Source: Podospora anserina
Lineage: Eukaryota
Reading direction: 5' to 3'
DNA length: 64,000 nucleotides
Assembly (NCBI GenBank): GCA_017654855.1
Contig: CM030335.1
Span: 3,348,001 to 3,412,000, forward strand
The translations under genes and the position numbers were made by a program. This document shows, one piece after another, positions 37,247-47,718 of the stretch (within the stretch, counting starts at the first letter, position 1; every line of letters begins with the position of its first letter). The notes under the pieces were generated by a model. The model saw only the letters and a list, made by a program, of their open reading frames with translations, had not been told where the DNA came from and ran no database searches.

Positions 37247-38154
37247 ATGCTTCCTGGATCCAACCCCACTCCGGGTGACTGCCCCGCCCATGACAACTCC
37301 TACAACTGCCCGCCCTCTTGCGACAAAGGTATTCCCGGCGACATGATCAGCGGCGAAGGAGACATCGTTCAATTGGACAAGATGTACAACCAGATGAAGA
37401 CCGAGAGAGACGCTGCCACCGCTGAGGTTGCCGACCTCAAGGCCAAGGTTGCCAACTTGGAGAAGTCCCTCGAAACCAGCAATGACAATATCAGCCGCAT
37501 GGAAAAGGGGAGAGGCTGGATGGCAGTTTTGCGTACTTCACCAGGATTTTTAGCGACATGAAAAAGGAGAGAGATCTGGCTAAGAAGGAGAGAAACGTGG
37601 CCAAGAAGGAGAGGGTTGTTGCCTACAAGGAGAGAGATTGGGCGCTCGCCAGAGCCGGCAAGGCCAAGCATATCCTGGATAACGACAACGCCAGTTTCAT
37701 CAAGCAGCTTGACGAGGTGAAGCTAGGTATTAATGATGGCAAACAGGCCCTCGAAACCGCAATGGCCAAGTCCGATCGTGAGATGAAGAAGATGGAGGAG
37801 TCTTACAACAAGAAGGCCCAAGAGGTGGAATCTTTGGAGGGCGAGGTCGAGGCCTTGAATCGTCAAATTACTGATCTTGTCAATGAAGCGGCTTACAACA
37901 AGAAGACAACCGTCAACGGTGTCGGCTGGGATCTTGTCGAAGGGGATTATCCTGAGTTATTGTACTCAAAATGCCCTCAGCGTCATGGTCTATTGATGGC
38001 CCATCTGTCACACCGCCTTCTCAACATTTCGGTAGGCGCTCAGAAATCAACATTCTGCCAAAAGATAGCCCTGAGAGCCCTTCATGTTCCTGAAGATCTC
38101 TCGCGTGGTTGTAGCGCTCGTATATATGTATTCAGGGGTCTGTCATCAGTTTAG
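37247..38154 (+). pseudogene. Coiled-coil protein (paralog C1), frameshift near 37508, two 5'UTR introns
   Basis: KTERDAATAEV..LEKSLETS, shift in AAAAGGGG, RLDGSFAYFTRIFSDMKKERDLA-KKERNVA-KKERVVA (21-bp repeats). Confidence 0.65.
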
Positions 38155-39097
38155 CGAAGTCTAGGTAGTGTAGGATCAATAGCGGTCATAGCCAGGTGCT
38201 TTCCCCCTGTGCTCGTGTGTAATTGATTATGTTGTCACTTCCTCATTCTACCGTTTCTCCAGCAGCAATGGCTGCCACTGTTCTCACGCGAATGCATGTG
38301 CTCACGTATTCTCAACCCATCGATTGACTTTTCGATTTTGTGAAGGTCTACCGGCCTGCTATGGGCCATGGCATCCATCACAGTTACCGGTCATGTCAAA
38401 CAGCGGGTTGCTCTGTAGAATAGCACATGCATTGGGCTGACCACTGTGGCTGTTGTTGAAAAGGTGGGCTTGCCCTGCAGACTCTGTTGACCTGAGAGCA
38501 TCAATGATATTCGCCTAAGCCCACACCTGTATATTCACTTGACGCTCGCCGGCCCCGCACGACACAATTCACTTGAAACTACTCTATCTCCATTATAAAG
38601 CAGTCTCTCCGCAGCCTCTCTCCCCGCAAACATTTCTTTCCTCCCTCCACCAACATCCCCGGCTTGTCTGACAGTCTCCCCAACACCCGCTCACCCAAGT
38701 CAAGTCTCCCACTTCACATCACCTACAACCATCACTGTCGCCATCAACAGTTGTTGCAAGCAGAGCCAGCTACTAGGAACTTCAAGGGTCTCGTTCAGAT
38801 TCATCCGCGCTTCCCTATCAAAGCTACGAGTCGTGACCAAAGGTACGATTCATCATACATCACTCATTTCCATCCCCACAGGCGTTGACACCATCCCTAC
38901 CCAGATCTGACGGCCGCGTCGACAACATCCAGTAACAAGCCTTCATAGCGCAAAATTCCCAGGCCGGCTTTGTCGACCACCATCGAACCCTTCGTCACGC
39001 GAGGTAAGTCTTCCTTCTCTTCATTCATGTCAACCACTAACGCCTCTACCAGATCCCACAGGTCTCCAGTCCGGAAGCATTTCTTCGTGCAATCCCG

Positions 39098-40422
39098 ATG
39101 CCTCACGGTCTCGCCAAGAATATGGTTGCCAACGCTGAAATGGAGTGGGCTCGTAATGAGGCGGCCATGGCCCAAGCCAGGTTGGAGCTCAGAGAGGCCG
39201 AGGAACGTCAGGCCAAGCTCGAATACGACCTCAACACCTGGCCCGATACCACTCAGGCCCACGAGGGCTGGCTTCCGGTGGCTGTTAACGAGATTGAGCG
39301 CGGAAACCAGTACATCCTACGGCTTCAGCATCAACTGTCCAGTGCGGAGGCTAGCCTTGATGTGGAGCTCCGGCGCAGCGCGCTTTTGAACATGGTACGT
39401 TGACACGACTCGTCGGAAAATTCTCTCCCCAGTTCACAAAAAGTTACTAATCGTTGGCTTGACAGGAGCTCGAGGTCTTCAGAACCAAGCTTGAGGCCTC
39501 CGAGGTCGGCAAAGAGACCGCCTCGACCACCTGCAAGAGTGAAGTGGCTCGGTTGAAGGGTCAATTGGCCAAGGTGAGAGGCGAGAAGGACGCTGCGCTC
39601 CAGAAAGCCGCTGAGAGCGACAAGGCTCTCCAGACCGGACGTGCCAACTTCACCAGGAAGTATAGCGAGGTGACGCAGGAGAGGGACACCTTGAAGAAGG
39701 AAAAGGAGGCCACACTCGAGAAGGTCGCCCAGAGCGAGAAGGCGTACCAGAATGGACGCGCCGGTGCTATCCAGCGGTACAACGAGGTGTGCAAGGAGAG
39801 AGACGAGGCCAGAGAGGCGCTCAAGACCTCCAATACCGGCAACCTCAACCAGAAGATTGCCCAGCTGAAGAAGGAGAGAGACGCGGCTCTCGTCGAGGTC
39901 GCCAGCTTGGAGAAGAGACTCGAGACCAGCAAATCCAACTTCACCCGCAAGTACGTCGAAGTACAGAAGGAGAGGAATGCGGCCCTCGCCGAGGTCGCCA
40001 GCTTGGAGAAGAAACTTGAGACCAGAAAAGCCAAATTCACCCGCAAGTACGCTGAAGTACAGAAGGAGAGGAATGCGGCCCTCGCTGAGGTCGCCAGCTT
40101 GGAGAAGAGACTTGAGACCAGCAAAGCCAACTTCACCCACAAGTACGCCGAAGTGCAGAAGGAGAGGGATACGGCTGTTGCGCAGGCTTCCAAGACCAAG
40201 GAGGAGTTGGGCCGCGGTTTTGCTAAGTTCACCAGGCTTTACAATGAGGTCCAGGCACAGAGGGATCAGGCCATCAATGAGAGAGACGCCGCCAAGGATG
40301 AGGTGGCCAAGGTCAGAAACGACATGAACGAAAATATGGCCGCGATGAACTGTCAGCATGCCGACCACATCAAGCAGGAAAAGACTCATTACGACTGGGA
40401 GACCGATGTTTCCTTTCACTGA
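39098..40422 (+). CDS. Coiled-coil protein with 32-aa tandem repeats (paralog C2), intron 39395-39465
   Basis: GTACGT..ACTAAT..CAG intron joins ORF 39098 in frame to ORF 39544-40422. Confidence 0.75.
39871..40158 (+). repeat. Coding tandem repeat, 3 x 96 bp, with degenerate flanking units
   Basis: Units start at 39871, 39967 and 40063 (diverged unit at 40159). Consensus KER(D/N)AALAEVASLEKRLETSKANFTRKYAEVQ. Confidence 0.95.
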
Positions 40423-41180
40423 GGATAGCTTCACTGCGGTGAACGTCTTACTCTCATTTGACACCGCGCCAATTCCATACCAGGTACATCGGGAACCCAT
40501 CAGACTTCGGCACCATGCTTTGGCCCGGAGACACTCATCATTCACCTTTGTTGCCTAGATAGCGCTGAGATTCTCTTCCCTGAAGATGGTTGAGGTCATT
40601 GCTTTCCCAACGATTGGGAGTTCTGTTAGTCTAGTCAGCTTAGTTTTAGTAGTGGTATAGGTGTATTACGTTTTAAAGTCATGTTTTCTTTCTGTTGTGT
40701 ATGTGTCCAGCTCATAATCTTGTTTCCTCGTCATTGGAGATACATTGTTTCGATTTCTTCAATACCTTGCATGGGCGACATCCAGATACTAACTGTTGAA
40801 GGCTTCGATGGTCTCGTTGGACAATGTGAGAGGGAAGTAACATCCAGTCCTCGATGGGTCACTGGCATCAACCCTGACCCTAAATATCCGTGGCAGTGAC
40901 AAAAGTCCACACGTTGCCAAGAATCAGCTGCCAAGAGTGGTGTCGCTGAACCCAATTCAATCCATCTGTTTTGATCCAGCACGTTCAAACGGGCTACGTG
41001 GTGCGAATGAGCAAGGGATTGACTCAGTCTTGGTAATGCAAAGGTGAGTCACCAGGTGAGAAACATCCATCTCGAGTGGTTATAAACCTCCTCTTTGGTC
41101 TTCCTTGATTGGCCTCTCATTAACGCAATAACAACCGATCGCCCATTTCTCTATCTCATCCCCTCAAGAGACTGTGGAAG

Positions 41181-41853
41181 ATGGAATTCAACAACAACCC
41201 AGCCAAGATCGCTGCCTCTCAGGTCGCCCAGACTTCAACCTCGTTCAACGACATGGACAAAGACCAGACTTTCCTCGCGACTCAGAGGCCAGGTTTCAGC
41301 CCTTCAGGACCTCACCCGCACTAATGCCGACATAGAGAAGATTCCCAGACACACACACAATCATCAAATCGCAGGACTAACGGAATCTCGCAATGCATAC
41401 CGCGCGCTAATGTCTGACGCCAACAGGTAAGAGAACTTACACCAGCACGTCAGAGAGGAGACCAGTTCGTTGATTGACAACGCCAACGTATGGCAGGCAA
41501 AGGTCAATGAGATGGAACGCCGAGCCCTTGTGGCGGAGGCTCGGAATGAGAAGACCGAGTCGACGGAATGGCTGGAGGACAAGTACAGGGATATGGAGAT
41601 GAGAGCGTTGCAGGCGGAAAGGAGAGCGTTGGATGCGGGAAAGAGGGCGTTGGATGCGGAGAGGAAGTTGGCCGTGCTTGAAGAGGCTCGACTCCGGGGG
41701 AAGGTTGAAGAGGCGGCTAAAGTGCAGCCATTAACAGGTATCATGATTCCAGCAGGGTCGGGATATGGAGGCTGTGACAAGGGGGAGATAGAGGGTGTTG
41801 AGTCATTCACGGGTTTGCTTCGTCTTCCTTTTGGAAGGGACATCAGGGTATAG
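41181..41853 (+). pseudogene. Degraded coiled-coil gene
   Basis: TATAAA near 41081, ATG 41181, frame change near 41270, in-frame TAA 41428-41430, then IDNANVWQAKVNEMERR..ERRALDAGKRALDAERK. Confidence 0.55.
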
Positions 41854-43213
41854 GAGAAGTAATAATGACTACCTACATGCATGAATGACAGCGTTTTTAC
41901 TTAAGTTTGTTCCGCGTGCGTGTAGCTTGACCAAGTTTCTCTGTCTATGACCATGTGTGTCAGACAGATCAACAACAAATTCATGCCAGCCCAATGTTGT
42001 CTTGAACATGACTGATCACCTTACGCAACAGAGAATGCAGTATAAAACCGGCCAGCCCTGATTTGTAGCCATCATGCAACGAAGCACATCAAGCCTTGGT
42101 AGAATCAAAGACGGTTACATGATGAAAAGCCAGGAGTCCATGAGCATCTTCGTATTACTTCCATGCTTCGTGGTATTCCGTCCTTGAAATCCCCGTCCCC
42201 ATTGCTACGGAGCCGTGACCGCAGTGTGGTTGATGGGATACGAGGGAAGAGTGATAGGAATAATGAAATCCACGCCAGGTTACCTTCCTACATGTATATA
42301 TAGCGGAGTCTGAAATCCTGCACCAGACTCGTTCCTCTTTTCATCTATCAACATATATGCTATGATCTACATTCCTTTCTCTTGGTGGGCCAAGTCCCCA
42401 CATCGATCATCCAGTGTGCCGTACTTACATCTTGAAGCAACGAGGGCATGTTGATTCAGGCATTGGGGGTTCCTCTTGAAGCTGGTCACTAATATGACAC
42501 AAGAGGTAGCTAGGATGCCAGCATGGATAGGTACCTAGCTACCTACATGGCAGCTTCAATTCCAGAGTTGCAATTCGTCCACAATCAAAGTGATCTTGAA
42601 GATCCCAACAGTATAGAAGTCCATCCCTCTATGTTTTTCCAAGTCACTACCTTCAAACCTACCATCAAATATTTTTATCGCTTATCTGCCCCAAGCTCGG
42701 TCCTTACCTACATCATTTCTGAAACACGCATGTCCACTTCCATGCCCTTGGCTGGATATTACCAAGCGCCCTCAGACGCAGCTGGACGTGGCAACCGAAA
42801 GATCAGAGGTAGCAGAGGGGGCAATCGACGTCTTGAAGTGAAGATTGGAACATGTCACGAAAAGGGCGGAGGGGACGGGGACCGAAGCTGCTAGGATCAG
42901 ACTCCTTTTGGCGGAGACTGGTTTAAACCCCTCTGACGCGATTATGGACAATTTGTTGGGGAAGATGTTGACACAATGAAGGAACTGAGAAAGGCTTCAG
43001 GAGCTAAGCGGGCAGATGGACACTAAGTACATGGACCAGTCGCAGATCACACTGAAGACTGGACACCACCCAGGTACTGACCGCAAAGAAAGGCTTGCCC
43101 CAGACTAAAATAACAACAGCAAGTTGATTTTTGAATCTTGGTTACAGTGCACTTGCAGCTAGGTAGATATGCTCCTCACAGCCAGATCCCTCGTTCAGCT
43201 ACACATCATCCAT

Positions 43214-43838
43214 CTACCCCTTAACAATCCTCTTCCACCAAATCTCGGATCTGGCCCCCGCCAGAGTCGTTATCACAGAGATTGTCAAGTACACCTCCCC
43301 ATCTTGCTCAATGACAGTGTAATTTCGCCTCTGAATTTGTCCCACGAAACGCGGTATGCTTGCCGTTGTCACTGGGCCATGCAAGACCTGTCCACTGAAC
43401 TTCGTCAATGGTACCGAGGTGTTGAGACTAAACGGCCCCGCATATGATAACGAGGTCTTGCCGATCAAAGCCCAGTCATCAATACTCCCGCCGGTATTTG
43501 GTGGCCATTGGATGTCGGGAGGACGCATGTCTGGCTCCATCGAGTTCATGACGGCGGACATGTAACCGTAGCGGGTGTATGTGATCAGGCCGGCTGGCTT
43601 CTCACCCCACGGGTCGGACACTTGAGTGCCGTTTCGCCATCTGAGTGGATTAGTGTTATGTTTTAGGTACACAGGGATTCGGTCGTGGACCTGGGACTTA
43701 CTGGGTATTGTTGAGGAGGGAATAGGTTCCCGCGAGAAAATTCATGATTGCCTGTGTTTTCATTTCGATGGTGGGTTGGGAGTAGCAAGACCACAACAAG
43801 ATATATCCAGGCACCGTCCGGGGAAAGATATAAAGCAT
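43214..43838 (-). CDS. Lipocalin-like domain protein (Lipocalin_5 type), intron 43641-43701
   Basis: LAGTYSLLN|..PWGEKPAGLITYTRYGYMSAVM..SYAGPF..VLHGP..VGQIQRRNY..EIWWKRI. Confidence 0.75.
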
Positions 43839-45810
43839 CACTCAGGATCTCGGTCTTTCCCTTGACATCTGCCGTTCCACTCCCCTTTTTGTTGCTGACC
43901 CCCTCTTCGCATTCGCAGTTGTGAATTGCGCATGGCTGCGGCGTGAAGCACGGATTGGGTTTAGACCCACCGGCCGGAGGTTTGGGGAATCTCACCTGGC
44001 ATTGCTGTGGGCAGGTCAGCTACCCACTGGAACAGCCCCTTACACTCTGCAAATCTTGGTGGTGTGTTGCAGTATCTCATTCTCTCACGTTACACATGGT
44101 GTGTTGGGAAGAGATATAACTGGCTGAACCGCGAAGATGACATTTTAATGGAAGGGAATCAACGTGCCGGATTGCTAGCTTTTCTTTGGGTCCGGTGCGA
44201 CCGCGTACCCTTCCGAACACACCGGACACTCTTCAAGGTCCTCTTGACTCCTGAGCCTTATGACCGCGCCCCTCTTTGTTGACTATTAGTCCAAGTAAAC
44301 CACCACTGGTAAGGAAGTTCAGACTTCAGTCTGCGACAATACAGAACTCTGTGGTCGTGGATCGTTTGACTGAAGTTTGAGGAGGACGGCGGCTTGAGAA
44401 CCTCACAGTAGGTAAGAGAAAGTTTCTATACAGAAACCTGAAACTGAGGCATCTCCGCGCTTGCCCAGAACAATGAATTCGAGGTCCGAACCATTCCGGA
44501 TAGTGACTGGACACAACGCCTTCTCTTGGAGCCAATACAAACACGCAGCAGCAGAATATTTGCTTACCTTATTCCCAATTCTTTCGTTCTTGTGGTAGGA
44601 TGATGTTTGAAATTTATCGTTTGGGTTCTCCCAACAAGCGGGGCGTCACGAATAACTAAACACATCCATGATGTACCTTGTGTCAAAAGATAAGCCAAAC
44701 AATACCAAATTTTCTCACCAAAGGCTAGGTAACCAAAGCTACTGCGTTCTCCACAAGAGTTTTAAGCCATGCGCTCAAGGAATAGACCACGCGTAGTTCC
44801 GGTAGAAGCTGAAGGGGCACCTGTTCACCTTGGTTCAATCATTGGGAGCTCAGGCCGAGGTGACCGGTGTATCCGCTATTCACTGACATGTCGGCGGCGA
44901 GAGGTAACTAAGACAGCTACCGGGCTGTTCTCGTTGAAAGTAGATATATATATTGTCTCTTCATTGAAAACCATCTTCCTTCCTTCCTTGTATTTGATAC
45001 CCGTCGTTTATCTCGGCAGCTTCGAAAACAGTTTTGTGTCAACAATTGCCCTATCGTCTACCTCTCACCGCCTTATCATTAAATTCTTCTCCCGATAACC
45101 CAAAAATGGCCAACAAGTCATCGAGAACCATGACCTCACCATCTAACTCGTGGCCGCGCGGACGTGCTCTCCGTTGAAAGAAAGCTGATCGGAAAATCAG
45201 GTCTCATCGGTATTTACCTGAGTTGGCAGTGAGCCTCTGGGGGCCGGTGAGTGAAGATCAGGGTGCTGCCAAACGGCAAAGTGGGAATTCATCAGAGAAC
45301 TTCCGCTAGCTTTGTAGCACTGCGTCGTGGTTGTGACACCACGGTCAGCTGGCGCACGGTATGTTCTTTTTCGCAGTCAACTCGTCTGAATTCGAGGTGG
45401 AGTGGATGCCCAGGTAGCTCCTTTGCGGCCGTTGCGCTGGAGCCGGCCGGCTGAGCGGATCAACCAACAAGCAACATGACCCATCATTCCCGCTACTTCA
45501 ACTGCAGTCGGTTGCTCCGTGGAATGGAGGAGATTGGCCAGCCTGAGAGCCTCACTTGCTCCAACCCAGGCTATGATATCATCGCAATACCATGAGTCCC
45601 ACGGCACGATATTCACTGATGGGAACGCCCGGGCCACCGCATCAAGACTGCTCCTGCCCAGGTTCACGCTCAGGTACTTAATTCCCATCTGTCCCCGGCC
45701 GAAGACCTGAATCTTCTCTTCCTCTACCAACCACTCCCTCCCCCGACGCCAGACTACCTTCACATCATCCCTCAATCAACACCACAACATACCACCCAAC
45801 AATCATCAAC

Positions 45811-46317
45811 ATGAAGGTCTTTGCCATCATCGCCCTCTTCCTAGGCGTCATCAGCGCTGGTGTGGCTGCCCCAGCCGAGCCCACCACGACCATTGACCTC
45901 CCGCCCCCCGCAGGCGAAACCAATATCATCTGGAACCCCAACGTGACTGACGAAAACAACATCACGGCCAGCAGCGGCGACGCGCCCAAGTGGTTCTTCG
46001 AGATGTTTGAGGCTACTGGCATCAACTGCAATGATAAGAAGTGGATGACTGTCAGACTCAACCGATATGGCACCTTCTGCTTCAGGACCGAGATTGATGT
46101 TCGCCGCGTGCGCGTCGTCAACTCCGGCGGCTGCTCCAGTATGTCAAATATCTTGAACGAAACCTCACCATCCATGTGTTGAACTGACATGTGTGTGATA
46201 GCCACTTACTTCTCTGATGAGAACTGCACCAATGATCCCCAGCACGTCGAGGTGCCTCTTCACTGTGTCGGTTATAGTGGCGGGAATTTGATCAAGTCTG
46301 TCGTTGTTGCTTGCTAA
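45811..46317 (+). CDS. Small secreted 6-Cys protein (effector candidate), intron 46139-46201
   Basis: Signal peptide MKVFAIIALFLGVISAGVAA. Spliced C-terminus CSTTYFSDENC..LHC..IKSVVVAC*. Confidence 0.8.
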
Positions 46318-47718
46318 ATGGGCATGGCGCCAGACAACACCACGGCGACATCACCCACGAGGGGAAACAGCGCAGAGAACTGGTGGGATGCGAAATTCTA
46401 GTTGAGGGAAGGCCTGTAGTCTGCGAACCCTGCTGGCAGAGCTATCTTGGGGAGGAGCAACCGGCAAAAAGACACAAGCATTCATCTCAAATTGGTCTCG
46501 TGGTAACCTTATCGCTTCCGTTGTTGCGTGATGTTTCGAGTTGTCATCGCAATGCATATGTTTTGTGAAGACGTTGATTTAAGGTTATCCGCAGTCAGGA
46601 CTATCCTTGTTTCGTGTCGAGTGCCGGACAATCCTGGTGACTAACTGGTCGTCCTTGACAATGAGGCTGACTACAGCTCCCGACGATGATGTGAAAGGGG
46701 GTAGGCTGTCAGTCAAGTCGGCATCAGCCATCAAGAGCAGGTGACACATCATTATGACTCGCAAAAACAACTTTGGAGTTGATGTTAAAAACCTAGGAAA
46801 CAGTACAAGCTGAGGTGTGGTGTAGGTAGTCTCACCCTGGCATTTTGACCAGGTGATGTTGTCACCCGGAAGGCCACGGAGCAGCACACACCACAGAAAG
46901 GTATGGAATGGGAGGATGCCGGAGGAGCCCAGAAGGGGAGCGGAAGGCCACGGAAGCTTGCGGAGGGATTTTTCAGGGCTTGGACGAATTAAGGGCTAAG
47001 ACGAAAGGTAGTCACCACCGGTGCCTGGTTATTCGGGCTCTCCGGCCGGCGACTCGGCGCCGGTGCCTGGTTTTTAGGGCCATCCGGCCAACAACCACTC
47101 GGCCTTGCCGCGCCAACTTTTTTTGCAATTCACTTCTCCGACCAAGCTTCTCCTCCGCCTCCGTTCTTCCTCTCTGGATTCACTTGACCGAGAAGAATCA
47201 TCTGTTTGTCCCTCTTAACGTCATCGTTACCTGTTCTTCCTCTCTTCCTTCGGTTCCCTGGAGTATCAAGACCTCGCAAGGCGCAATTGCCCTCAGTTCT
47301 TCCTTTCCGCGTCTATCCTCATCGTTCACGCCAAGCAGCAGCTCTCTTCCTCTTCGTTTCCGCGTCGCGTCAGAGTTCTCTCTCGCGTCGTCTCTCTCCC
47401 ATTGTCTCTCTCCCCCTCCGTTTTCGCCAATCGTCAGCCAATTTCCCGCCATCAGTCATCTCCCGCTTCATTTCCGGCAGCCCTCGCGCTACACTGGACC
47501 ATCAGCTGCGGTATTCTTACCAACTCATCAATATTCATCTCCGGCACGGCTAGCTACCCCGACACACCGACGCTTGTACGCTTGAGGAATCATCAGAATA
47601 TATATCTTGATCTTCATATCGAATCACGGTATGTTGAGCATGCTTGCTTACTCCAAGCTCAGCCATGTTTTTGAATTTCCATTGTCTTGATACTGACTTT
47701 CAACTCAAACAGGGCAAA

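Noticed and set aside
39331-40545. 404-aa minus-strand ORF and similar long antisense ORFs (e.g. 22570-23460, 23734-24387)
   Set aside because: Antisense shadows of GC3-rich genes on the opposite strand.
3579-41430. Premature stops rescued by sexual-stage A-to-I editing (UAG to UGG)
   Set aside because: Only 3579 is a suitable in-frame TAG. The others are TGA or TAA, and the same genes carry frameshifts that editing cannot fix.
47018-47103. Imperfect ~42-bp direct repeat starting CCGGTGCCTGGTT
   Set aside because: Only two degenerate copies and no further structure.
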